From: Mollicutes bacterium
Lineage (GTDB): Bacteria; Bacillota_I; Bacilli_A; Izemoplasmatales; Izemoplasmataceae
Direction of reading: 5' to 3'
NCBI GenBank assembly: GCA_003551405.1
Contig: PUMO01000174.1
Coordinates: forward strand, 1-28,576
DNA length: 28,576 bases
The first letter of the stretch is position 1. Each line of letters begins with the position of its first letter. The translations under genes and the position numbers were made by a program. Shown piece by piece: positions 8,441 to 16,459 of this stretch. The notes below the pieces were generated by a model, which saw only the letters and a program-made list of their open reading frames with translations, was not told where the DNA came from and made no database searches.

Positions 8441-9051
8441 TATATTTGACACGTTTTATTATTGAGCGCATAGGTTTTATTTGACCGAATAATGAGGCCT
8501 TCCTTGATTAACGCATTCATTGTGCGTGATAAGGAAGGTCTTTGCACGTTGAGTTGTGTGGCAAGTGTCTGAATGGATTGAATGGTAATGTGATCGGTTT
8601 GTTGGATGCGCATTTGTTGTTCTAAATGCATAATGATTTTTTCTCTTAATGAAGGCTGTTGAAGTACTTTATTGCTGGTAAATATATTTTGAGCCTTGTC
8701 ACTTAACGTTTCAATAAATGCATCTCTGAATTGCTTATCGTGATTTATGGCCGCTTGTAAATCTTTGCGCGCTAAATAGGACACTTTTGTGTCCGCCTGT
8801 GCAATGAGATGGCCTATGTAAAACGGTGTGTTTGATAAGATGAGCACCTCACCAAACGTTTCGCCGGCTTTGATTATGTTCAACGTTGACATTTCTCCGT
8901 TATTGTTATAGTGGATGAGCGCCAATGACCCTGTAATGACATATCCTATATAATCACACCGCTCCCCTTCGGAACTGATGATGTATCCTTTAGGGTAATG
9001 ACACGGCAACATCCAGGAAACGTTTTCAGTATTTTCGTGAAACAATTTCAT
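8440..9051 (-). CDS. Crp/Fnr family transcriptional regulator (paralog 2)
   Basis: EGERCDYIGYVITGSL...ETFGEVLIL...FYIGHLIA and HTH TLATQLNVQRPSLSRTMNAL. ATG 9051 follows GAGGTG. Confidence 0.92.
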   Translation of the reverse strand: MKLFHENTENVSWMLPCHYPKGYIISSEGERCDYIGYVITGSLALIHYNNNGEMSTLNIIKAGETFGEVLILSNTPFYIGHLIAQADTKVSYLARKDLQAAINHDKQFRDAFIETLSDKAQNIFTSNKVLQQPSLREKIIMHLEQQMRIQQTDHITIQSIQTLATQLNVQRPSLSRTMNALIKEGLIIRSNKTYALNNKTCQI

Positions 9052-9057
9052 CACCTC

Positions 9058-9101
9058 TGTAACTTATGTTACGTTTGTTTTTGTCATTGTATTTTACCAT
9101 A
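9058..9101 (-). promoter_or_regulatory. Extended -10 (TG-G-TAAAAT) plus operator CGTAACATAAGTTACA for regulator 2
   Basis: Minus strand reads TATGGTAAAAT (9101-9091), 17 nt, then a perfect GTAAC-N4-GTTAC palindrome (9073-9058) abutting RBS GAGGTG. Confidence 0.75.
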
Positions 9102-9164
9102 TTTTTGGATGTGTAAGGTGTAATATAAAATATTTTAAAAAATATTCTTACAGGGAGTGATTGA

Positions 9165-9674
9165 ATGTCATCACTATTCGATATGGAATCTTTTGATCAA
9201 GATAAGGTTCAATTACTGGATGACTATATTGGCAATTATGTTGCGCAAAATAATTTAGAAGCGCTGATACCCGCGCTTTATAAAGCGCAAACGTTGTTTG
9301 GCTATTTACCAGCTGCCCTGCAACGACATATCGCAGAAAAACTTGATTTGCCCAGTGCGCATGTGAACGGTGTGGTTTCGTTTTATGCGTATTTCAGTGA
9401 AGTTCCCAAAGGAAAATATGCGATATCGGTTTGTACGGGGACGGCATGTCATGTAAAAGGTGCTTCCGATGTGTTAAATAAAGCAAGAGAAGTGGCTGGT
9501 GCACATGGTGAAACAATGAGTGAGGACGGTCTTTTCAGTGTCAATGATGTCAGGTGTATTGGTGCGTGTGGTCTCGCGCCTGTTGTGACCATTAATGGCA
9601 AAGTCCACGGAAAAATCGATGCAAAAGATATGGAAAAAATTATTCGAAGCACCAAGGAGACTGAAAATGCTTGA
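9165..9674 (+). CDS. hydC: [FeFe]-hydrogenase gamma subunit (NuoE/HydC-like), operon 2
   Basis: LYKAQTLFGYLP, VVSFYAYF, VCTGTACHVKG...RCIGACGLAP. Confidence 0.93.
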   Translation: MSSLFDMESFDQDKVQLLDDYIGNYVAQNNLEALIPALYKAQTLFGYLPAALQRHIAEKLDLPSAHVNGVVSFYAYFSEVPKGKYAISVCTGTACHVKGASDVLNKAREVAGAHGETMSEDGLFSVNDVRCIGACGLAPVVTINGKVHGKIDAKDMEKIIRSTKETENA

Positions 9675-11484
9675 ATCATTTGAGGCGCTAAAGAATTGGA
9701 AATCAACGATTAAAGAACAGTCCACGCACCGCTTGGAAATACTTGTTTGTGCCGGAACATCATGTTTATCTTCACAAGCGGATGCACTGCTTGAAATGTT
9801 CACCCATGAAATTCATGAATACTCACTGGATGCTGAGGTCGTTGTGACCCCCACAGGCTGTTTTGGATTTTGTGGACAGGGTCCGATTTTAAAAATCGAA
9901 CCGGACAATGTCACGTACGTGCAAGTCGGCGCTGATGATGTGAAGACGATTGTGGATGAACATTTGAATGCTGGACGCATTGTTGAACACTTACTATATG
10001 ACCCACCCGGTCAGAAACGTTCCACCAGTGAAGCGGGCATGCCTTTTTATCAAAAACAACACCGTGTTGCGCTTAAGAAATGTGGTGTCATTGATCCCAA
10101 GAACATTGAACACGCCATTAAGCATAGCGCTTATGAAGCCTTAGGAACGGTGTTGCACACCATGGATAGTGATGACGTGATTGACATCATTAAACAAAGT
10201 GGTCTACGCGGACGCGGTGGTGGCGGTTTTCCCACCGGTTTGAAATGGCAATTTACCAGCACCACTCAAGCAGATGAAAAATATGTGGTATGTAATGCGG
10301 ATGAAGGGGACCCTGGTGCATTTATGGACCGAAGCATCATGGAAGGAGACCCCCATACAATCTTAGAAGCCATGGCAATCAATGGTTATGCTGTTGGGGC
10401 TAACAAGGGGTTTATCTATATTCGCGCTGAATATGAATTGGCGACTCAAAGATTATTTAAGGCGCTTTCGGATGCACGCAAACATGGTCTGCTCGGTCAA
10501 AATATTTTAGGCAGCGGGTTTGATTTTGACATTGAAATCAAACTTGGTGCAGGTGCTTTTGTGTGTGGTGAGGAGACGGCGCTCATTCATTCCATGGAAG
10601 GATACCGCGGAGAACCAACAACAAAACCACCGTTTCCTAGTGATGTTGGTTTTAGAACCTTGCCTACCAATGTTAATAATGTTGAAACGTATGCGAACAT
10701 TCCTTCAATCATTTTAAAAGGTCAACGCTGGTTTCAATCGATTGGGACTAAAAATTCTAAAGGAACCAAAGTATTTGCACTGGCTGGCGATGTTGTAAAT
10801 ATTGGTCTCGTTGAAGTCCCCATGGGGATTACTGTTAGAGAAATTGTAGAAGATATCGGTGGTGGTGTTGATGGCGATAAAAAGTTAAAAGCCGTTCAAA
10901 TTGGCGGGCCTTCAGGCGGTGTCATTACGGGGGATGATTTGGATTTACCCATTGACTACGACTCACTGCAATCCGCAGGTGCGATGATGGGAAGCGGTGG
11001 ACTCATTGTCATGGATGACGATACCGACATGGTTGAAATTGCGAAGTTTTATTTGGAATTCACTGAAGATGAATCATGCGGAAAATGCACACCATGTCGG
11101 ATTGGGACCAAGCGCATTCACGAAATTTTGCATCGTCTAACCGATATGGAAGGAACGCCTGAAGATTTGGAATTGCTTGAAGCACTTTGTAACAATGTCA
11201 AAAACACGTCACTGTGTGGACTCGGTCAATCGGCGCCCAATCCGGTATTGTCAACCATGCATCACTTTAAAAATGAGTATGAGGATTACGCCTACCGACG
11301 TAAAAAAACCAGTTATTCAATCGATGCGGACAAATGCATTGGATGCACACGCTGCAAAAAAGTGTGTCCGGTTGACTGTATCAGCGGTTCGGTCAAAACC
11401 GTACATGTCATTGATGAATCTGCCTGCATTGCATGTGGAGCATGCGATGATGCATGTCCCGTCGATGCAATCATTAGACCTTGA
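9667..11484 (+). CDS. hydB: [FeFe]-hydrogenase beta subunit, long form (N-terminal [2Fe-2S], FMN/NADH, [4Fe-4S], C-terminal 2x[4Fe-4S]); bifurcating-type signatures, 605 aa
   Basis: VCAGTSC...GCFGFCGQGP, LRGRGGGGFP, CNADEGDPGAFMDR, GAGAFVCGEET, GGPSGG, ESCGKCTPC, CIGCTRCKKVCP and CIACGACDDACP. Start moved to ATG 9667 (AAGGAG RBS). Confidence 0.93.
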   Translation: MLESFEALKNWKSTIKEQSTHRLEILVCAGTSCLSSQADALLEMFTHEIHEYSLDAEVVVTPTGCFGFCGQGPILKIEPDNVTYVQVGADDVKTIVDEHLNAGRIVEHLLYDPPGQKRSTSEAGMPFYQKQHRVALKKCGVIDPKNIEHAIKHSAYEALGTVLHTMDSDDVIDIIKQSGLRGRGGGGFPTGLKWQFTSTTQADEKYVVCNADEGDPGAFMDRSIMEGDPHTILEAMAINGYAVGANKGFIYIRAEYELATQRLFKALSDARKHGLLGQNILGSGFDFDIEIKLGAGAFVCGEETALIHSMEGYRGEPTTKPPFPSDVGFRTLPTNVNNVETYANIPSIILKGQRWFQSIGTKNSKGTKVFALAGDVVNIGLVEVPMGITVREIVEDIGGGVDGDKKLKAVQIGGPSGGVITGDDLDLPIDYDSLQSAGAMMGSGGLIVMDDDTDMVEIAKFYLEFTEDESCGKCTPCRIGTKRIHEILHRLTDMEGTPEDLELLEALCNNVKNTSLCGLGQSAPNPVLSTMHHFKNEYEDYAYRRKKTSYSIDADKCIGCTRCKKVCPVDCISGSVKTVHVIDESACIACGACDDACPVDAIIRP

Positions 11485-11494
11485 GGAGGCCACT

Positions 11495-13249
11495 ATGGGT
11501 AAAGAATATTCAAGTGTAAGAATCACCATTAACAATATCACTTTAGAAGTTGATCACGGTAGTACTGTCCTGGACGCCGCCAAGCAAGCCGGCATCAATA
11601 TTCCAACACTTTGTCATTTGGACTTGCATGATCTTGATGCCATCAATCAAAGTGCCAATTGTCGCGTATGTTTAGTGGAAAATGAAACACGTGGCACTTT
11701 GGTCCCATCATGTGCTGAAATTGTGCAGGACGGGATGCGTATTCAAACGGATACCAAAAAGGCGGTCCAAGGCAGGCGAACGTCGATGGAACTGCTCCTC
11801 AGCAATCATCCGAAAGAGTGTTTAACGTGTGTGAAAAATCTTGATTGTGACCTTCAAGAGCTTTCCAACTCCATGAACATTAAAGATATCCCTTATCAAG
11901 GAGAAATGATGAATCATCCAGTTGATGATTCCAGTGGAGCCATCATTAAAGATCCCAACAAATGTGTCATGTGTCGCCGGTGTATGACAATGTGTGATGA
12001 GGTGCAAACCGTTGGCGTACTTTCTCCACTTAAACGCGGATTTGATGTATCAGTGGGCACAGCATTTCATTTGGATTTAAGTGAAACAAGCTGTACGTAT
12101 TGTGGACAATGTGTCAGCGTGTGTCCCACCGCTGCACTTGCTGAACATCCGCATGTACCCAATGTATGGCGCCGGTTGAATAATCCTAACCGTCACACAG
12201 TGGTACAGATTGCGCCGGCTGTACGTGTCGCCATTGGCGAAATGTTTGGGTATGAAGCGGGTGAAATTTCAACCGGAAAACTGATCGCGGCGTTGAGGCG
12301 ACTGGGCTTCGATGGTGTTTTTGACACCAAGTTTGGTGCGGATTTAACCATTGTTGAAGAAGCCAATGAATTTCTTGAGCGCTTAAATAATGATGGGCCC
12401 CTCCCCCTTTTAACATCGTGTTGCCCTGCATGGGTTAATTTCATTGAGCAGAAATATCCGGATTTGCTTGATATTCCATCAAGCTGTAAAAGCCCACAAA
12501 GCATGGTTGGCAGTTTATCAAAAACATACTATGCAAAGACCATGGGCGTTGACCCACAAAATATTCGCATGGTAGCTGTGATGCCGTGTGTGGCCAAAAA
12601 AGCAGAAGCGGCCCGTGATGAGCTGGCATATGGTGAGCAAAGAGATGTTGATTATGTGATTACCACACGTGAACTTGGGGCCATGATTAAAGAAGCTGCG
12701 ATTGACTTTAATAACTTGCCGGATGACAGCTTTGATGATATTTTGGGTGAATCAACCGGTGCCTCAAGTATTTTTGGCACCACCGGTGGCGTTGTTGAAG
12801 CAACCGCGCGTACAGCCTATGAGAACGTGACAGGCAAGACACTTGAAAATGGTGAATTTGAAACCATTCGATGGATGGAAGGCTTGCGTAAAGCGTCGGT
12901 TACTTTAAACGGCCGTACCATCAACATTGCCGTCGCCCATGAACTCAAAAACGCACGAAAACTACTTGATAGCATCCGTTCAGGTGACAGTGACCTTGAT
13001 CTGATTGAAATCATGGCGTGCCCCGGTGGGTGTATTGGTGGCGGTGGTCAGCCGTTTCACCATGGTGATATCAATGTGCTGAATAAACGTCGTGAGGCTT
13101 TATATACACTTGATAAAAACAATGTGCGTAGAAAAAGTCATGAAAATGAACAAGTTAAAACGTTATATCAGAAGTTTCTTGGCGATATTGGTGGCCAAAA
13201 AGCCCATGAACTTTTACATACTTCTTATTCTAAAAAACTACGTATATAA
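11495..13249 (+). CDS. hydA: [FeFe]-hydrogenase catalytic alpha subunit (group A, M3-type), operon 2, 584 aa
   Basis: GAGGAGG RBS then ATG 11495 (MGKEYSS...). HPKECLTCVKNLDC, CVMCRRC and CTYCGQC. H-cluster motifs TSCCPAW, MPCVAKKAE, EIMACPGGCIGGGGQP. Confidence 0.96.
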   Translation: MGKEYSSVRITINNITLEVDHGSTVLDAAKQAGINIPTLCHLDLHDLDAINQSANCRVCLVENETRGTLVPSCAEIVQDGMRIQTDTKKAVQGRRTSMELLLSNHPKECLTCVKNLDCDLQELSNSMNIKDIPYQGEMMNHPVDDSSGAIIKDPNKCVMCRRCMTMCDEVQTVGVLSPLKRGFDVSVGTAFHLDLSETSCTYCGQCVSVCPTAALAEHPHVPNVWRRLNNPNRHTVVQIAPAVRVAIGEMFGYEAGEISTGKLIAALRRLGFDGVFDTKFGADLTIVEEANEFLERLNNDGPLPLLTSCCPAWVNFIEQKYPDLLDIPSSCKSPQSMVGSLSKTYYAKTMGVDPQNIRMVAVMPCVAKKAEAARDELAYGEQRDVDYVITTRELGAMIKEAAIDFNNLPDDSFDDILGESTGASSIFGTTGGVVEATARTAYENVTGKTLENGEFETIRWMEGLRKASVTLNGRTINIAVAHELKNARKLLDSIRSGDSDLDLIEIMACPGGCIGGGGQPFHHGDINVLNKRREALYTLDKNNVRRKSHENEQVKTLYQKFLGDIGGQKAHELLHTSYSKKLRI

Positions 13250-13250
13250 T

Positions 13251-13280
13251 CAAAAGGTCATCAATTTGATGACCTTTTTG
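13251..13280. terminator. Bidirectional terminator between hydA (operon 2) and ldh
   Basis: AAAAGGTCATC / GATGACCTTTT stem. Confidence 0.85.
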
Positions 13281-13297
13281 AATGAGTTTATCAGTGA

Positions 13298-14233
13298 CTA
13301 ATGGAGTTGATCGTAGTAATATTTCAGTGTATTTGCGGAATGTTTGAGTGACGCTTTTTCAGATTCGTCGAGTGAGAGCTCAACAATATGGTGGATGCCA
13401 TCTTTGTTGATGACGGCGGGCAGACCAATGTATATATGTGCACAATCGTATTCACCTTGGTTTAACACACTGAGTGGAAGAATGCGGTTTTCATTATTGA
13501 TAATTGCGGATGTGATTCTAACCAAGCTTATACCAATTCCGTAATAGGTCGCGCTTTTGCGTGCAATAATTTCACCGGCGGCGTTTTTGACGCGCTTGGC
13601 AATGTGGTCCAAATCTTCAAAGTTGATCGCGTGCATGCTTTTGATAACATCTTTGATGGGCTTGGCCCCAACATAAGCATTAGACCATACCACAAATTCA
13701 CTTTCACCGTGCTCGCCCAATATATATGCATGCACATTGCGCGTATCAATGTTAATTTGGTGGCCTATTTCATAGCGAAGTCTGGCGGTATCGAGACTGG
13801 TGCCGCTTCCGATGACTTTTTCTTTAGGAAGTTGTGATGCATCATAGACAATTTGTGTCATGATATCCACTGGATTGGACGCGACCAGTAAAATCCCTTT
13901 AAAACCACTTTCCATAATACTATGGGTGATGCTTCGCATAATGTCTGCGTTTCGATCCAACAAATCCAGACGGCTTTCATCTGGCTTTTGATTGACCCCT
14001 GCGGTAATGACCACTAAGTCGGCATCCTTACAGTCGCTATAGGTCCCTGCATATATGTTCATATGACGCGGTGAAAAGGGGATACCATGATTTAAATCCA
14101 TCGCTTCGCCCTCAGCACGTGAATCATCAATGTCAATTAATACCAAATCAGATACCACACCTTGGTTTAAGAGTGCATAGGCATAAGACATGCCCACAAG
14201 GCCAGTACCAATAATAACAACTTTTGATTTCAT
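13298..14233 (-). CDS. ldh: L-lactate dehydrogenase, 311 aa
   Basis: IIGTGLVG Rossmann motif, specificity loop GVNQKPDESRLDL (Gln, LDH type), ASNPVD, GTSLDTARLR, GEHG, ATYYGIG. Start ATG 14233 after AGGAGG. Confidence 0.95.
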   Translation of the reverse strand: MKSKVVIIGTGLVGMSYAYALLNQGVVSDLVLIDIDDSRAEGEAMDLNHGIPFSPRHMNIYAGTYSDCKDADLVVITAGVNQKPDESRLDLLDRNADIMRSITHSIMESGFKGILLVASNPVDIMTQIVYDASQLPKEKVIGSGTSLDTARLRYEIGHQINIDTRNVHAYILGEHGESEFVVWSNAYVGAKPIKDVIKSMHAINFEDLDHIAKRVKNAAGEIIARKSATYYGIGISLVRITSAIINNENRILPLSVLNQGEYDCAHIYIGLPAVINKDGIHHIVELSLDESEKASLKHSANTLKYYYDQLH

Positions 14234-14460
14234 AATCGCCTCCTTGAAACTCATTGTATCAACTGAGCTTTAAAGGGAGGGCGCATGTGCACTAGATTAC
14301 AAATAATCAGTCAATTATCCATTCCTTCATGCTTTTTTATGCAAAGAAAGCCTATTTTTTAGCGCGGGTCCGAATGACAACATGGTTTATGTTTGCTTAT
14401 AAATTGTTAAGTGTTATGGGATATGATACACTTTGATTAACAAACAATTGGAGGGGTATT

Positions 14461-15213
14461 ATGGAACGTAAAGTTGTATTTTGGAAACGTTTTGCGTATA
14501 AAGAATCAGGCTATAAAGTCCTTGAAATTTGTGATGACGGGACGGCCTTATTGCGCACATTTGAAAATCAAAAGGATGAAGACTGGCTCTATAAAGAAGT
14601 AGACCAGGATGAAACCCCGCTTCAAGGGAAAATTCTTATCGAACATGTCGATTTTGGTGAAGACGGCAAGATTAAAGAAGATGCATTGCCAAACAAAGTT
14701 AAGACGATGGAAACCTATGAACTCAAAGACTTCGCATCAGCGCGTGACCGTGTGCAAACCCGTCAAAATTTAAGTCTTTCTACGCTTAAGGAAGACTATC
14801 ATTCTATTCTTGTGCTTGAGCCTTCAAGCATTCCAGAACACATTAAGAATTTATTGCCGGATACTAGATTCCCCATTATTAAATTCCGTTATGAGAACGA
14901 TAAAGGCGTGTTGCTTCGCAAAGAAAAACCGAGACGGCTTGAAACGCGGTTCATCCCAGAATTAAACGAAACCATTTATTTTTACTTGGATACGGGTCAA
15001 GAAAATTTAACAACCACAGGTGACAATATCTTTTCTATCGATACAAAGCACTGTGAACCGGGATTCTGTGAAACGGACTTTGATGCGTACATTCAAAACA
15101 TGGTGAAAGATATGAAAGCGAATTTAAAGCAATATCATGATTTATTTGTCAGACAACGTAACCGTATGGCGATGCTTGATACCGATGTCATCGGGGATTT
15201 GTATCCTCGCTAA
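14461..15213 (+). CDS. Hypothetical soluble protein, 250 aa
   Basis: Long ORF with GGAGGGG RBS and a downstream terminator; no family recognised. Confidence 0.8.
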   Translation: MERKVVFWKRFAYKESGYKVLEICDDGTALLRTFENQKDEDWLYKEVDQDETPLQGKILIEHVDFGEDGKIKEDALPNKVKTMETYELKDFASARDRVQTRQNLSLSTLKEDYHSILVLEPSSIPEHIKNLLPDTRFPIIKFRYENDKGVLLRKEKPRRLETRFIPELNETIYFYLDTGQENLTTTGDNIFSIDTKHCEPGFCETDFDAYIQNMVKDMKANLKQYHDLFVRQRNRMAMLDTDVIGDLYPR

Positions 15214-15221
15214 ACATAATT

Positions 15222-15251
15222 AAAGCACAGACTCAAAGTCTGTGCTTTTTT
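15222..15251. terminator. Bidirectional terminator
   Basis: AAAGCACAGAC-TCAAA-GTCTGTGCTTT between convergent genes. Confidence 0.88.
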
Positions 15252-15870
15252 AATCGATGAACGCCTCGTAATCCAGTGGATGTTTATCCGTGTAGGATTT
15301 AATCAAAGCGTGCGCTTCTTTATGATTGAGTGGAATGTCGACATATTGATTGTAACGATTTCTGATATGAATGCATTTTAAATAATCAATGCGTTTGCGA
15401 TAAGTTTGTTCATAGGCACGTTTGTAGAGGTTGAGCTGCAATGTTAAGCGTTCATGGTTTAAATGGCGACTGCGCTTAATATTGGTGATACCAAGGCCCT
15501 TAATATAAGGTGAGCGTACCACCATGTCAAACCGGCCTGCCGCAATGACCACACCGCTATCATATAAGAGTACAATCGGCTGTGTGTGAACGGCGTCAAG
15601 CTGGTGTTGGCGCTTGAGGGCGATATAACTTTGCATTTCCTTGTGATAGGTCTTTAGCCCTTCCGTTTCGTAGTTCATAATCATCCGTTTAAGATCATTG
15701 CCGCTTTTGGCGGCCTTTTTTAATATCTCAGCATCGACCTTTGGTGCACGGGAAGGGGACATGTCATCGATCATTTGTGTAATGCTTGGGACGTGACGTC
15801 CGTCCACTATGTATTGATGGTTTTCACTGTCAAATAAAACGTCGTGCGCATTGATTCGATATGTTTGCAT
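15250..15870 (-). CDS. PD-(D/E)XK nuclease-fold protein (phage exonuclease/YqaJ-like) with degenerate active-site motifs
   Basis: FDSENHQY...VPSITQMI, AGRFD, NIK in place of D/E-x-K, LQLNLY. Confidence 0.7.
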   Translation of the reverse strand: MQTYRINAHDVLFDSENHQYIVDGRHVPSITQMIDDMSPSRAPKVDAEILKKAAKSGNDLKRMIMNYETEGLKTYHKEMQSYIALKRQHQLDAVHTQPIVLLYDSGVVIAAGRFDMVVRSPYIKGLGITNIKRSRHLNHERLTLQLNLYKRAYEQTYRKRIDYLKCIHIRNRYNQYVDIPLNHKEAHALIKSYTDKHPLDYEAFID

Positions 15871-16005
15871 GCTTTTTTCCTCCAGTATTTTTCATTATAG
15901 CAAAGGTGAAAACAATATAAAAATTTATAGTAAATTATTTAAGCATTTTAGACGAAATGAACTACATTATATGATAGTATTAACGCAATTAAGGAGGTTA
16001 TTATT

Positions 16006-16395
16006 ATGCGTAAAAAACTATTGTTAAGTTTAAGTGTATTTTTAGTGTTGTTCTCTTTGGCCGCTTGTGGCAACGGGGATGATGAAGTGGAAGACACCCC
16101 CGATGATGAACTCCGTGAGTTTACACTTGAAGAGCTCTCCGAATATGATGGTGAAGATGGGGCCGATGCCTATGTTGCTGTTGATGGGTATGTTTATGAT
16201 ATGACAGATTCAGCCCAATGGACGGAAGGATCGCATCAAGGCCAAGTTCAAGCGGGACAAGATTTAACAGAAGAAATTGACAACAATGATCGTCATGGTC
16301 GTGAAATGCTTGATCGTGTGCCACGTATTGGCATCTTGGTAGAATCATCGGATGAAGAAAATTCTGATAACGATGATGACAATGGTGGTTATTAA
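16006..16395 (+). CDS. Cytochrome b5-like heme/steroid-binding domain lipoprotein
   Basis: Lipobox LAAC (Cys21). FTLEELSEYDG...AYVAVDGYVYD..., W..GSH...AGQDLT...HG with two His as candidate heme ligands. Confidence 0.88.
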   Translation: MRKKLLLSLSVFLVLFSLAACGNGDDEVEDTPDDELREFTLEELSEYDGEDGADAYVAVDGYVYDMTDSAQWTEGSHQGQVQAGQDLTEEIDNNDRHGREMLDRVPRIGILVESSDEENSDNDDDNGGY

Positions 16396-16402
16396 TCTTT
16401 TG

Positions 16403-16436
16403 AACGGTGATGCAAACGATATTGCTCACCGTTTTC
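16403..16436 (+). terminator. Intercistronic hairpin (weak terminator or mRNA stabiliser)
   Basis: AACGGTGA...TCACCGTT stem with only a short T tail, between the cyt b5 gene and the ferric-reductase-like gene. Confidence 0.5.
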
Positions 16437-16459
16437 AGTCTTTACGATAGGAGGACATT

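Noticed and set aside
9595-9666. N-terminal extension of HydB2
   Set aside because: It overlaps hydC. The RBS supports ATG 9667.
11177-11494. 106-codon N-terminal extension of HydA2 in the ORF track
   Set aside because: It overlaps the hydB C-terminus in another frame. A strong GAGGAGG RBS supports ATG 11495.
5870-13014. Many short antisense or alternate-frame ORFs within the hyd genes
   Set aside because: Fully nested in well-supported CDSs and typical of shadow ORFs
4966-13249. Annotation as respiratory complex I (nuoE/nuoF/nuoG)
   Set aside because: The third subunit in both operons has all three H-cluster motifs and no membrane nuo genes are present, so these are [FeFe]-hydrogenases
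14285-14302. Possible Rex operator upstream of ldh (ATGTGCACTAGATTACAA)
   Set aside because: Four mismatches to TTGTGAA-N4-TTCACAA, too weak to call without comparative data
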